Origin: Nanobdellota archaeon | Lineage (GTDB): Archaea; Nanobdellota; Nanobdellia; UBA10117; ARS21 | Reading direction: 5' to 3' | Assembly (NCBI GenBank): GCA_014239585.1 | Contig: JAAZYP010000001.1 | Location: forward strand, 177,955 to 241,954 | DNA length: 64,000 nt | Shown here: in pieces, positions 16,746-27,477 of the stretch | How positions within the stretch are numbered: position 1 is the first letter of the stretch | How the letters are laid out: each line of letters opens with the position of its first letter | Position numbers and translations under genes: made by a program | The notes under the pieces: generated by a model | Databases searched by the model: none | What the model was told of the DNA's origin: nothing | The model's input: the letters and a program-made list of their open reading frames with translations, nothing else

Positions 16746-18626
16746 TTATCTTAGTCTAAGACAATCTACTGGTCTAGGACTTAAAGTTTCTATTCTGAAT
16801 TTTTTATGTATCTCTCTGGCAAGATTTATTGTCATAGATTTCTCTCCGTGAACGGTAAGAACTCGTCTTGGTCGTGGTTTTAATTTTTGCATGTAATCCA
16901 TTAGTTCTCCGAAAACTGCATGTCCGCTCAATGAAAATGAAGTTACTTCCAGTTTAACATTCATTTCCTCACCATCTAATCTAACTAATTTTTCTCCTTT
17001 TTGCATTCGATCTCCCGGTGAATTATAAAATTGATATACGACAAATGCTACTGAATTTTTTGGATCATCATGTAATTTACTCAAATATTGAACTGATGGT
17101 CCACCCACCAACATACCGGATGTTGCCAAAATTATTGCAGGTCCGCCCTCGATGACTAACTTACGTTCTTTTCCAGATCCTACTCGTTTGAAAAATTCTG
17201 CTTCGAAGGGACTCTTTCCCTTATAAATTTCTGAACGTAATTTATCATTTAAATATTCAGGATAAGCAGTATGAATCGCAGTTATATCCCAAACCATTCC
17301 ATCAATATATACTGGTATATCTTTGATTTTTTCTTCACGGAAAAGTTCTTCGATTAATATCATTGTCTCCTGAGCTCTTCCAACTCCCAGAACTGGAACT
17401 AATAATTTACCACCTCGTTTTATTACTTTATGAGCATGTGCTTTAAATTCTGCTTCAGACTCTGCCCTATCAGGTGAAGTTCGTTCAGGATTCCCATAAG
17501 TACTTTCAGTAATAAATGTTTCAACTCTCGGAAACACATAACTTGCTCCGTTAAGTAATCTGGTGTTTACGACTTTGTAATCTCCAGAATATAATAAATT
17601 ATGAAATCCGTCACCAACATTAAAGTGACACATTGCACTTCCCAAAATATGTCCTGCATTGTGGAGTGTTAGTCTGATATCAGGAGTTATATCGGTTACT
17701 TCGCCATAATTTAGTGCAATAGTGTGTTTTGATGAATTTTTAACATCAGTTGAATCAAAAATTGCTTTATTTCCTTGCGCTATTGCAATATGAGTCATAT
17801 CTAACTGGCTCATTGCCATGATATCTCGGGTCGGTGCAGTACAATAAACTGGCCCCTTATATCCGTATTTGAATAAAAATGGTAAAAATCCGCAGTGATC
17901 AATATGTGCATGGGAAATAACTACTGCATCTAAATCCGGAATACTAAATTCGGGAACAGTTATTCTCGGGAATGAATCCTGACCCGAAGTTGCAGGATTA
18001 ATTCCACAATCAATTAATACATTTGATTCGGGTGTTTGAAGTAAAAATGCAGATCTTCCCACTTGTTGTGTTGCTCCTAAAAAACTTATTCTTACCCACA
18101 TTTCAGCTTTATCTCTTGCTCGTTTAAATTCGTAAATTCTTTTTCCAGTTTCGTTTAAAAATTTTCTACGTTCTGTCGAATCTTCATGATGAACTCTTCG
18201 AATCAAATTTGTAATTTTAGAAGTAATAATTGAATCTCGTCTAACTACTGGGGTCCAAAATGTTTTTTCTCTGATTTCTTTAATTAATGCTCCTTTAGTT
18301 CCAATAACATCGTTCGGATTACGTGCATCAATGATCATTACACTTCTTGCGGGTTCAAATAAAATTTGAGTTATATCTGCAGATTTTGGAACTGAAGTTT
18401 TGACAAATTCTTCTGCTTTCTTTTCAGACAGCAATAATAATGGATCTGCTCTTAATTCAATTCGTTTTTTATATTTTGAAACCAATTCTCGAACTGTTGA
18501 AATTCCATTTTTGAAAAAAGACTTATCTCTAGAATAGATAACTAGGTTTGCACCCTCATAGTGCTGACTAGTTACTAATTTGTTCTTAGGTATGTCATTA
18601 ATTACTTGTTCCAATACTGATGTCAT
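16746..18626 (-). CDS. aCPSF1/FttA: KH plus metallo-beta-lactamase plus beta-CASP ribonuclease (archaeal transcription termination factor)
   Basis: 626 aa, N-terminal KH region, HAHIDHCG (HxHxDH), and a beta-CASP C-terminal half ending in VHGE. Confidence 0.9.
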   Translation of the reverse strand: MTSVLEQVINDIPKNKLVTSQHYEGANLVIYSRDKSFFKNGISTVRELVSKYKKRIELRADPLLLLSEKKAEEFVKTSVPKSADITQILFEPARSVMIIDARNPNDVIGTKGALIKEIREKTFWTPVVRRDSIITSKITNLIRRVHHEDSTERRKFLNETGKRIYEFKRARDKAEMWVRISFLGATQQVGRSAFLLQTPESNVLIDCGINPATSGQDSFPRITVPEFSIPDLDAVVISHAHIDHCGFLPFLFKYGYKGPVYCTAPTRDIMAMSQLDMTHIAIAQGNKAIFDSTDVKNSSKHTIALNYGEVTDITPDIRLTLHNAGHILGSAMCHFNVGDGFHNLLYSGDYKVVNTRLLNGASYVFPRVETFITESTYGNPERTSPDRAESEAEFKAHAHKVIKRGGKLLVPVLGVGRAQETMILIEELFREEKIKDIPVYIDGMVWDITAIHTAYPEYLNDKLRSEIYKGKSPFEAEFFKRVGSGKERKLVIEGGPAIILATSGMLVGGPSVQYLSKLHDDPKNSVAFVVYQFYNSPGDRMQKGEKLVRLDGEEMNVKLEVTSFSLSGHAVFGELMDYMQKLKPRPRRVLTVHGEKSMTINLAREIHKKFRIETLSPRPVDCLRLR

Positions 18627-18636
18627 TGTAAAATGA

Positions 18637-19293
18637 TTATTTTTCTAAAATCATAGAAACTGTTTTTGTATCAACTTTTCTATAACCTTTTTTGTCGATA
18701 ACTGAAATTACTATTCCGTCACCACTTGCTGAATCTCTTCGAATTGCAGTATAAATTGCTCGCGTTGCGAGTTCAACTGCTTCTTTTTCAGTCATATTTT
18801 CTTTGTAATGTTCTTGTAATATTCCTAATGCGAACATCATTCCCGATCCAGTTGCAGTATACGGATCTTCAATTGCTGCGCCCGATGGATCAAAAGACAT
18901 TAACTTGAAAGTTTTATCTCGACAAAGCCCTGCGATTATTGCTTGAATCATAAATGGACTCCATCTTTTATATCCTGAATAGACTGTATTTTGAAGAACT
19001 GAAGACAATGTTTCTAAAGTTGCATTCTTTTTATTTTCTAATTCGAATAATTTCATTTCTGCTTGCATGTGTTTTAATAGAACTTGATTATCGCTTACGG
19101 TTCCAGCTGTAGTAATTGCCAAATTATCCGTTACTGGAAAAACTTTGTCAACTCGAGACATAATCATTCTTCCCAATGTAACTCTTTGATCAGTTGCTAA
19201 AACTACTCCGCCCTTATATGTAAGTCCGACAGTTGTTGTTCCTTTTTTAGGTTCAATTTTAGTGTTCATTAAATCACCAGAATAAATAAGCAT
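18637..19293 (-). CDS. psmB: proteasome beta subunit
   Basis: Propeptide followed by the active-site GTTTVGL; alternative start at 19269. Confidence 0.9.
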   Translation of the reverse strand: MLIYSGDLMNTKIEPKKGTTTVGLTYKGGVVLATDQRVTLGRMIMSRVDKVFPVTDNLAITTAGTVSDNQVLLKHMQAEMKLFELENKKNATLETLSSVLQNTVYSGYKRWSPFMIQAIIAGLCRDKTFKLMSFDPSGAAIEDPYTATGSGMMFALGILQEHYKENMTEKEAVELATRAIYTAIRRDSASGDGIVISVIDKKGYRKVDTKTVSMILEK

Positions 19294-19328
19294 TATTTTT
19301 TTAATTTAAAAGGCTTTCTAATAGATTA

Positions 19329-20738
19329 TTAGTAACTTTTTCCGAAATAATGTCTATACGTTGCTGGCTTTCCATTAACGATACATTTTCCAGTTTTTAC
19401 AAATTCACCATTTAAACTTTTAGCGCCAGTTTTCTTTTTAATTTCGTCTTCAACTTTGGATGATCCGCACCAATATGCTCTTGCAATTTTTCCCTCTGAA
19501 ACTACTTTTTTCAGTTCAGAAAGACTTGAAACATTTACAATTGAATTTGTTAATTTTTTCTTAGCTCGATCATACATATTTGAATGAATTTCTTTAAGTA
19601 AAGATAAAATTGTCGTATCTAACTTTGAAATTTTAACAGTTATTTTAACACCTGTATCTCTTCGAACCAATACGACAGATTTATTTTGAACGTCTCTTGG
19701 TCCAATTTCGATTCTTAGTGGGATTCCTCTAACTTCCCAATCATTAAATTTCCTTCCGGCAGAATAACCTTTTCGATCATCCAATATTACACTATATTTA
19801 TTTAGTGACTTTTTCAATGCATTTGCTGCTTTCAAAACCGGTTCTTCCTTTCCTTTGAATAAAATTGGAACAATTACTACTTTGTTTGGGGCAATTCTAG
19901 GCGGTATAACTAAACCTTTATCATCGCCGTGTATTGCAAACATAACTCCTAAACTTCGAGTTGAAAATCCCCATGAATTCTGCCAACCGTAAACACGTTT
20001 TTCATTTTTATCTAAAAAATTAATTTTGAATGGTTTGGAAAAATTTTGACCTAAATGGTGAGCTGTGCAAGATTGAATTGCTTTTCCGTCAGGCATAATT
20101 GTTTCTAAACTAATCGAATAATCTGCACCTGCAAATCTTTCTTTTTCCGATTTTAATCCTTCAAATACGGGAATTGCCATTAATTTTTCATACGTATCTC
20201 TATAAATTTTAGACATTTTAGCGACTTCTCTATCTGCTTCTTCTTTCGTAGCAAAAACGGAGTGTCCTTCTTGCCATAAGAATTCTCGAGTTCTCAAAAA
20301 CGGAGTTGGATGCTTAAATTCCCATCGAACAACATTTACCCATTGATTTAAACGTAAAGGTAAATCTTTCCAAGAACGAATCCATTTTGAATATGCATCA
20401 TACATTATAGTTTCTGACGTGGGTCTAATTGCTAATCTTTCTTTTAATTTGGTTTTTCCTGCATGAGTTACCCATGCTACTTCTGGTGCAAAACCCGCTA
20501 CGTGTTTGGATTCCTTTTTCAATAATTTTTCAGGTATAAACATGGGAAAATATGCATTTTTAACTCCGTCTCGTTTGAAACGACTATCCAAATAATTTTG
20601 AATTGATTCCCACACAGAATAGCTATTTGGTTTCATAATCATTGTTCCTGAAACCGGACCATAATCAATCAAATCTGCTTTTTGTATTACTTCAGTATAC
20701 CATTCGGAGAAATTTGATTTCTTATTTTTCAAAGCCAT
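19329..20738 (-). CDS. proS: prolyl-tRNA synthetase (archaeal/eukaryal type)
   Basis: 469 aa, class IIa motifs (FRxE-like WEFKHPTPFLRTREF, GQNFSK...), C-terminal ...YFGKSY. Confidence 0.9.
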   Translation of the reverse strand: MALKNKKSNFSEWYTEVIQKADLIDYGPVSGTMIMKPNSYSVWESIQNYLDSRFKRDGVKNAYFPMFIPEKLLKKESKHVAGFAPEVAWVTHAGKTKLKERLAIRPTSETIMYDAYSKWIRSWKDLPLRLNQWVNVVRWEFKHPTPFLRTREFLWQEGHSVFATKEEADREVAKMSKIYRDTYEKLMAIPVFEGLKSEKERFAGADYSISLETIMPDGKAIQSCTAHHLGQNFSKPFKINFLDKNEKRVYGWQNSWGFSTRSLGVMFAIHGDDKGLVIPPRIAPNKVVIVPILFKGKEEPVLKAANALKKSLNKYSVILDDRKGYSAGRKFNDWEVRGIPLRIEIGPRDVQNKSVVLVRRDTGVKITVKISKLDTTILSLLKEIHSNMYDRAKKKLTNSIVNVSSLSELKKVVSEGKIARAYWCGSSKVEDEIKKKTGAKSLNGEFVKTGKCIVNGKPATYRHYFGKSY

Positions 20739-20789
20739 ATATACTAGTTCATACAGAATTTAATAAATACTGCGATTTCAATTCTAATA

Positions 20790-22007
20790 ATGAAGATAGC
20801 TGTAATCGGAGATACGCATTTTGGATTTGATCATTATGGTAAACGAAAAGATGATGCTTTTCGTAATGCTAAAGAAGCATTTGAATTGGCCTTGTCTGAA
20901 AAAGTTGATTTTATTATTCAAGTTGGAGATGTGTTTGATGAACGCCTTCCTAAGCCTGAGATAATAAGTCCCGTAATCAATTTAATGAAAAGTGTTAACA
21001 ATAGATTTGATAAAATTAAATTAGTTAGAAGAATATCTTCTCAAGGTGAAGAATTAATCACTAAAGATATTTCTCCGATTATTATGATATATGGTGATCA
21101 TGATCGGCGACCAAAAGAATATGTTAACCCTGTTCAAATTTTACATAATACGGATTTAATTTATTGTATGGAACGAGAAAGTATAATTTTGGAGAAGGAC
21201 GATGAACGAATTGCAATTCATGGATTTTCTAATGTTCCTCATCAATATGCTCGTGAAGTTTTGAATAATCATAAATTTGAACATATACCTAACATGAAAA
21301 ATCTATTTGTTGTGCATCAAAGTTTTCAAGAATTACTACCGAATCAGCCTCCTGAAATAATGAATTATTCTGATCTTTCTGAAAAATTTGATATTCATCT
21401 TCTGGGACATATTCATTGGAATCAAGAAAATAAACATCCTATATCAAATAAACCCATTTTATTGCCTGGATCAACAGTTCAAACACAAATGAAAAAAATT
21501 GAGAGCAAAGTTTCAAAGGGAATATATATTTTAGATATTGGCGAAAAAATTAAATACAAATTTTTAGAATTGAAAAAACCTCGAAAACTTTACTACGAAA
21601 CAATTAAAATAAATGGTGAAAAACCCTCTGAAATAAATACTCTAATTCAAGAGGTTGTGAAAAAAATTCTTGATTATCATAATCATGATCTAATTCCAAT
21701 GATTAGAATCGTGTTAAATGGTATTTTGCATGACGGATTTATTCCTTCAGATATATCCATGAAAAACTTATTGAAAAAATATGAGGATCGAGCAATAATA
21801 AATATTGGAAAATCTAAATTGATCTCCAAAAAATTAAATGAAAAATCTAAATTAATTCATGATCTTAAAACTAAGAAAATTTCAATTGAGGATCTGGGAT
21901 TAAAAATATTAGGTGAAAAATTAAATTTGAAAAAATTGGATAAATTGGAATCAATATTTTCTGCATTAAAGGATGGAGAATTGGCAAAGGCCGAAGAAAT
22001 ATTATGA
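20790..22007 (+). CDS. mre11: Mre11 DNA double-strand-break repair nuclease
   Basis: Phosphoesterase motifs IGDTHFG, GDVFD, GDHD, GHIH. Confidence 0.88.
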   Translation: MKIAVIGDTHFGFDHYGKRKDDAFRNAKEAFELALSEKVDFIIQVGDVFDERLPKPEIISPVINLMKSVNNRFDKIKLVRRISSQGEELITKDISPIIMIYGDHDRRPKEYVNPVQILHNTDLIYCMERESIILEKDDERIAIHGFSNVPHQYAREVLNNHKFEHIPNMKNLFVVHQSFQELLPNQPPEIMNYSDLSEKFDIHLLGHIHWNQENKHPISNKPILLPGSTVQTQMKKIESKVSKGIYILDIGEKIKYKFLELKKPRKLYYETIKINGEKPSEINTLIQEVVKKILDYHNHDLIPMIRIVLNGILHDGFIPSDISMKNLLKKYEDRAIINIGKSKLISKKLNEKSKLIHDLKTKKISIEDLGLKILGEKLNLKKLDKLESIFSALKDGELAKAEEIL

Positions 22008-24286
22008 TTTCAAAGATAGAATTAAAAAATTGGAAAAAACACAGTGAATTAATTATTGATTTTAATAAAGGTTCCAATATAATTATTGGAAATATGGGTT
22101 CGGGAAAAACTTCAATTCTTCAAGCAATAACTTATTGTTTATTTGGAACATTTAGTGAATTGAAAAAACGAGATTTGAAAGTGAATGATTTAATAAAAAA
22201 GGGAGAAACTATTTCTGAAATAAAATTAACTCTTAAATCGAACAATGAAATATTTTTGATATCTCGGAAAGTTGAATATGATAAACTTAGTGAAGCAACA
22301 ATACGTGATGATAACTCCAAATTATTGGCAGGCCCTAGCCCGACAGCAGTCAATGATTATATTATTGATAAATTAAAAATAACTGAAGATATTTTTTTAA
22401 GAACAATTTATTCGGTTCAAAATGAAGCAGATATTCTTTTAAGAATTGGTCCTGCTGAACGAAAGAAACAGATTGATGAATTGATGAATTTAAATCAGTT
22501 TGAAATCGTAAGAAAAAATTGTGTATCACTTTCAAATAAATTAATTGAAAGAAAACGAGGTATGCTCTCAATTTTAAATCAGGAAAATATTGATTCATTA
22601 ATTGAATTGAAATCTAAATTATCCTTGGAGATTACTACTTTAAAATCTGAAAAAATAAAATTGAATAAAGAGTTACCTATTCTTGAATCTGATGAAATTA
22701 ATAAACGTAAAAATTTGGAAAACATCTCAATTATGAACTCACGTAAAAATCAACTAGTCGGCCGTCAGAAATTATTGAATGATAAGTTAAATGAAATAAA
22801 TTTGAAAATTGCAGGTCAAAATATATTTAAAACTGAATCTGAAATTAATAAGTTAATTAATTCATTGAAAATTAAGAATTCATCTCTTCGTGATGAAATA
22901 AAACAATTTAAATCTAGTAAAGAAAATTTTAATCAAGATTTAATTATTATTGAAAAGCAGCGCGGAATTGTTGAATCTACAACCGATTTAGTAACAAAAG
23001 AAATTTCATCACTAATGGAACTCAAACTTAGATTTAAAGATTTACAAATTCAAGATTTCAGAGATTTAGATTTAAAGATTAATTCTATTAAATCTGAAAT
23101 AAAATTAAAGGATGATTTAAATAGAGATAATAATGCCGAAATAAATAATATGCGTAAACAAATGAATCAATTAGAAGTTATATCTGATATATGTCCTTTA
23201 TGCCGTCATGAAATGTCTCAACATTCTAAAGATCAATTGTTATCTGAACGAAAACAGGAAATTGCAAAATTGTTAATGGAAAATAATGACATTTCAACCA
23301 AACTTCAATCTTTAACTCGTGAACAAAAAAACTTAACTAAATCTTATGATGAACAGCAAGAATATTTATCTAATGCGGAAAAAGAATCTGATTTAAATGA
23401 GCAAAGAGATAAATCAAATTCTGAATTTCAATCTCTAACCGATAACAGAAATACACTACTTAGAAAATTAGAGGAATCTAAAATTAAAATTGACAAATTA
23501 GATTCAGATATATCTGAACAAAGTGATGAAATTGAAAAACTAGTTGATTCTAAATCATTGATATCTTTAACAAATAATAAAACAAATTTGGAAGATGAAT
23601 TAGCTCAAATTAAAAATGAATTAAAAATTGCAATTTTAGAAAGTAAAAATTATGATTCTTTTCAAAAAGATTATGAATCTAGTTTGGACTTATTAAATAC
23701 TGTTCGCGCGAATCTAAAATCTTCCTCAGTTATTATACTTGAAAAAAGAAATCGTGAAAAAGAAATTTTTGAAAAAATCAATAATTTGAAAAAATATCAT
23801 AAATCAATTAAATTGCTTGACTTAAAGGTAGACTTTTTATCAAAATTAAAAAATGCATTAATTGATGCACAAGAAGTATTGAGAGACGAATTACTTTTAG
23901 CAGTAAATGAAGTTATGTCTTCCACTTGGATGCAAATATATCCTTATGATGTTTGGAGTGGTTTAAGAATTTCTACATTAAATAATGATTATACTATTCA
24001 ATTGAAAGAGGCCGATGGTGATTGGGTAAATGTTAGCGGTTTTGCTTCAGGCGGTGAACGAATGCTTGCAAGTTTAGCAGTTAAAATTTCATTTGCGCGA
24101 GTTCTCGCTCCAAATTTGAATATGTTAATTTTGGATGAACCCACACACAATCTTGATGAAATTGCAGTTAGAAATTTTATCGACGTATTAAATGAGAAAA
24201 TTTCAGAACATATAGATCAAATGTTTATCATTACTCATGATGAGCGTTTAGCAGAATCTGCAAGTAAAGTTATAAAACTAGTTTGA
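22004..24286 (+). CDS. rad50: Rad50 ATPase (short coiled coil, 760 aa)
   Basis: Walker A GNMGSGKTS, long coiled coil, zinc hook CPLC, signature SGGE, Walker B LILDEPT. ATGA overlap with mre11. Confidence 0.9.
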   Translation: MISKIELKNWKKHSELIIDFNKGSNIIIGNMGSGKTSILQAITYCLFGTFSELKKRDLKVNDLIKKGETISEIKLTLKSNNEIFLISRKVEYDKLSEATIRDDNSKLLAGPSPTAVNDYIIDKLKITEDIFLRTIYSVQNEADILLRIGPAERKKQIDELMNLNQFEIVRKNCVSLSNKLIERKRGMLSILNQENIDSLIELKSKLSLEITTLKSEKIKLNKELPILESDEINKRKNLENISIMNSRKNQLVGRQKLLNDKLNEINLKIAGQNIFKTESEINKLINSLKIKNSSLRDEIKQFKSSKENFNQDLIIIEKQRGIVESTTDLVTKEISSLMELKLRFKDLQIQDFRDLDLKINSIKSEIKLKDDLNRDNNAEINNMRKQMNQLEVISDICPLCRHEMSQHSKDQLLSERKQEIAKLLMENNDISTKLQSLTREQKNLTKSYDEQQEYLSNAEKESDLNEQRDKSNSEFQSLTDNRNTLLRKLEESKIKIDKLDSDISEQSDEIEKLVDSKSLISLTNNKTNLEDELAQIKNELKIAILESKNYDSFQKDYESSLDLLNTVRANLKSSSVIILEKRNREKEIFEKINNLKKYHKSIKLLDLKVDFLSKLKNALIDAQEVLRDELLLAVNEVMSSTWMQIYPYDVWSGLRISTLNNDYTIQLKEADGDWVNVSGFASGGERMLASLAVKISFARVLAPNLNMLILDEPTHNLDEIAVRNFIDVLNEKISEHIDQMFIITHDERLAESASKVIKLV

Positions 24287-25336
24287 ATCTTTTAATTTGT
24301 ACAATGGAGTTTTTCCTCGATTTAACAAATTTGATGTTTCACGTTGAATATCTTGTAAACTCATTTGAATAAATGATTCTAAACTTTTATCTGTAACTAA
24401 TTCTTCTCTATTTTTTTTTGAAAAGCTATCAACTTTATCGCAAATTAATTTATTTATTGCAATTCTTTCAGCTATACTTTCAATTCCAACAGAGTTATAC
24501 TTAATATTTTCATTTAATTTTTCTTTTACAATATTACCGTCATTATCTGAGTACAAACTTCGTAAATGTTGCATAATTGGATTTGTAGATTTATCTTTTC
24601 CTTCAGATCTTAATTCTCTATAGAATGATTCATTGAAATTATGAAATTGTGTACTATTAATATTCTTTTCATCTGAAAAAATAAATACGTCAGTTAATTC
24701 ATCATTTGTTCTTTCAAGATTTGATGCATAAAGTAATAATCCTTCTTTATACCAAAACATATTATTTGAATCTGCAAATACGGTCATATCGTCTTGAGTA
24801 AAAGTTGTTAATCTTCCAGATCGATCTAATCCGTCATTCATATTAATTTCAAATTTCATACTGGCATATGGATATGCTTCGGTAATATGTTGATATCCTT
24901 CCCATTCCTCATCAAAAACATCCTTCTGATGAACTCCAGTAATTCTCCGTATATTTTTGAATATCGTATCTGCAAGTTTTGCGTTATCTATTTCTGTAAC
25001 CGTTCTTCCAATATTATCTCGGACATATGAAATAACTGCCATATTAGTATATAATTCGTGAGTATCATTTTCAGTCAAACTTACTGGACTAATTGGAGAA
25101 TTTGTTTCCCAATCCATCAAAATTCCGTCTAATAAATTAGTTCGCGCAGGATTATTTTGTTTAAGAGTTTCAGTTGATTCAACATTAATTGGATTATTTT
25201 GTCTAATTGGTAGAATTGGTCGATTTTTCCAATGAGCTTGGATTTCTTGATTTAATCTTTTTCTTTCAATTCCAGTTATTTTCTCAATCTCTTCGATACT
25301 GTATCTAAGATCTATATTATCATTATCTTCATTCAT
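24278..25336 (-). CDS. orphan acidic protein (352 aa), last gene of the nurA-herA transcription unit
   Basis: Intact ORF, no motif recognised; overlaps the rad50 3' end convergently by 9 nt. Confidence 0.55.
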   Translation of the reverse strand: MNEDNDNIDLRYSIEEIEKITGIERKRLNQEIQAHWKNRPILPIRQNNPINVESTETLKQNNPARTNLLDGILMDWETNSPISPVSLTENDTHELYTNMAVISYVRDNIGRTVTEIDNAKLADTIFKNIRRITGVHQKDVFDEEWEGYQHITEAYPYASMKFEINMNDGLDRSGRLTTFTQDDMTVFADSNNMFWYKEGLLLYASNLERTNDELTDVFIFSDEKNINSTQFHNFNESFYRELRSEGKDKSTNPIMQHLRSLYSDNDGNIVKEKLNENIKYNSVGIESIAERIAINKLICDKVDSFSKKNREELVTDKSLESFIQMSLQDIQRETSNLLNRGKTPLYKLKDSN

Positions 25337-25378
25337 CGTGAATTTTTTGATATAATAAAGGTATAAAAAGGTTAGGAA

Positions 25379-25394
25379 AGGCGGAAATCCGCCT
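25379..25394 (-). terminator. GC-rich stem-loop AGGCGG-AUUU-CCGCCU after the 77-aa gene
   Basis: Perfect 6-bp stem 7 nt after the stop at 25401, followed by TTTCC on the transcribed strand. Confidence 0.35.
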
Positions 25395-25400
25395 CTCCCT

Positions 25401-25634
25401 TTATGAATTGGCTAGTAATTCTGAAACTTTCTTAAGTAAGTCTGAATCAGCAGGAAGAGCAATGTTCTTTCCTCTAGCGTATCTCTTCTCACCTTCTTCG
25501 GTGAAAAATCCTCTTGACAAGGATACGAATTCGTTTTCACCTTCATCTGAAACTGCAACTTTTCGTGCAACTTCGACAAAGTTATTTTTTCCGAATTTGA
25601 TATCTTCGGAACTCAGTGTTTTAAATTCTACCAT
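25401..25634 (-). CDS. small conserved-looking protein, possible PC4/YdbC-like ssDNA-binding fold
   Basis: 77 aa. The pattern FVSLSRGFFTEEGEKRYARGKNIALPADSDLLKKVSELL resembles the PC4 core (h-x-IRE-YY-x-DGE...KKGIsL...L...L). The track GTG start 25643 is replaced by ATG at 25634. Confidence 0.35.
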   Translation of the reverse strand: MVEFKTLSSEDIKFGKNNFVEVARKVAVSDEGENEFVSLSRGFFTEEGEKRYARGKNIALPADSDLLKKVSELLANS

Positions 25635-25700
25635 TTTTATCACGTGTATTAGGCAGTTGCCTAGCTTAATATCAACTTAACCGATTTATAAAACTTTTCT

Positions 25701-27164
25701 TTAGAAATCATCTGCAGATGCCAATGACGATTTTGATTCGTAAAAATCTGCGTATTCTTCAATATTTTTAGAATGGGTTTCAATACTTTCTCTTTTTCTG
25801 AATTTAAAGAAGAATGGATATTTTGCGGCTTCACCAATAACAAGTGCTTCTCCTACGCCTAAACTGGAAATCGATTCCAATTCTTCTGAACTAATTGCTT
25901 CTGCACTCTCTCGAATGTGGTTTAAATCTGACGGATTTGTAATTCGCATTATTATTTGAGTATTACATTGACTTAATGCAGTAGTTGATAATTTAACCGG
26001 TCTTTGAGAAATTAAACATAATGATGCATGAAATTTTCTTCCCTCTCTGGCTAAAGTTTCAATAATTCCTCTCGAAATGGCATTATCTTGCGCATCACCG
26101 CTAGGACAAAAATTATGTGCTTCTTCAATTATTTCAACATATGGCGAGATTTGTTCTTTTCGACGAAGGTTGAAGAGTTTTCTCGAAATAAGACTGACAA
26201 TTGTTTGTTTTTTCTTTAAATCTAGAATTTTAGATAAATCGAGAATTGTAAGTTCTCCTTGTTTAATCAATTCAGAGTCATTAGGATAATTTGATGTTGA
26301 AAAAATATTCATTCGATTAATCGAATTTAACCAACCGACTAATGCTTCTTTGACCATATCTTGTGTATCTGATTCTAAAACTGCTTCAATTAGATCGTCC
26401 ATCGAAAATGATTTTTTTATTTGTTTTAGTTTGTGTAAAACTTTTCCCAAATCTCTTACTTGTGCATGACTCATCATCGGCATTATCGCTCTAAACATTC
26501 CCGGAGATACATTTTCAGTTGAAAATTTCATATCTTTAGCATCTATTAATTTTACTTTAGATCCATATTTTGAATCTTTTTTGAATCCCGTATATTCTCC
26601 GTGGTTATCAATTAGGATTATACCAATTTTTCCGTTTCTTCGATTCAATAATTCTTCCAATATTACCGAACATCCGTATGATTTACCTGATCCGGACATT
26701 GCTAAAATTGCTAAATGTTTCTGGAACATAGAAGTTAAATTTAATTTTGATTTCAAATCATAATTTAATATTGTTCCTATGTCTAATCCCTCTTTATCAA
26801 TTCCTAAAAAATTACCTAATAATTTAGTATCGATATTTGATACTCCTTCGCCGGGAGAAGGTGGATAGGTAACGCGAATAAATGATTTATCAGTAAATGC
26901 TCCGAGACATTTGACTTTAGCAACAGTATATTCCCAATCTTTTGTTGGAAACGCGAGATCCATTTTATTTTTTGAAATTTCTTGAACTGCACCAATTGAT
27001 TCAAAATATTTGTTTGTTTTGAAAACGTTTGTAACTCTCCCTAAAATTAAACCGTTTTTGGAGTTTACTGTTACAAATTGATTCTTCTTTACGAGTTCAT
27101 TAACAACAAAGCTAAATTCAAAAACGGAAGGTCCTTGATCTGAAGCTATAACTTTGCCTAACAT
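25701..27164 (-). CDS. herA: HerA-type hexameric DNA helicase/translocase
   Basis: N-terminal HAS-barrel-like region, Walker A AMSGSGKSY, Walker B IIEEAHNF, arginine finger region. Confidence 0.88.
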   Translation of the reverse strand: MLGKVIASDQGPSVFEFSFVVNELVKKNQFVTVNSKNGLILGRVTNVFKTNKYFESIGAVQEISKNKMDLAFPTKDWEYTVAKVKCLGAFTDKSFIRVTYPPSPGEGVSNIDTKLLGNFLGIDKEGLDIGTILNYDLKSKLNLTSMFQKHLAILAMSGSGKSYGCSVILEELLNRRNGKIGIILIDNHGEYTGFKKDSKYGSKVKLIDAKDMKFSTENVSPGMFRAIMPMMSHAQVRDLGKVLHKLKQIKKSFSMDDLIEAVLESDTQDMVKEALVGWLNSINRMNIFSTSNYPNDSELIKQGELTILDLSKILDLKKKQTIVSLISRKLFNLRRKEQISPYVEIIEEAHNFCPSGDAQDNAISRGIIETLAREGRKFHASLCLISQRPVKLSTTALSQCNTQIIMRITNPSDLNHIRESAEAISSEELESISSLGVGEALVIGEAAKYPFFFKFRKRESIETHSKNIEEYADFYESKSSLASADDF

Positions 27165-27198
27165 AATAAAAAAATTGTTGTGTTTATTTTAAATAGAT

Positions 27199-27450
27199 TT
27201 ATTTCCTAAACTCTCGCTTAATCTCTTTGGCTACACGCTTATAATTTTTTTTATACACATATTTGAAAATTGATAGATTTAATAATATACCTACAAATAA
27301 AAATGCGATTCCGATTGGTGAGTATTTTTCTGAAAATAAAGTCACGATTCCAGATAATAGGAATATTCTACCTAACCAGCTCATTAAAAGTTGGATAAAT
27401 TTTGCGCCTTTATGAAGTTTTTTTACTTCTTTTACTACTTGTACGGGCAT
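27199..27450 (-). CDS. tiny 2-TM membrane protein (83 aa) inside the nurA-herA operon
   Basis: Two hydrophobic helices flanked by K/R-rich termini. Confidence 0.5.
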   Translation of the reverse strand: MPVQVVKEVKKLHKGAKFIQLLMSWLGRIFLLSGIVTLFSEKYSPIGIAFLFVGILLNLSIFKYVYKKNYKRVAKEIKREFRK

Positions 27451-27477
27451 ATTTATGAAATTCAGTTAAAGTATTTA

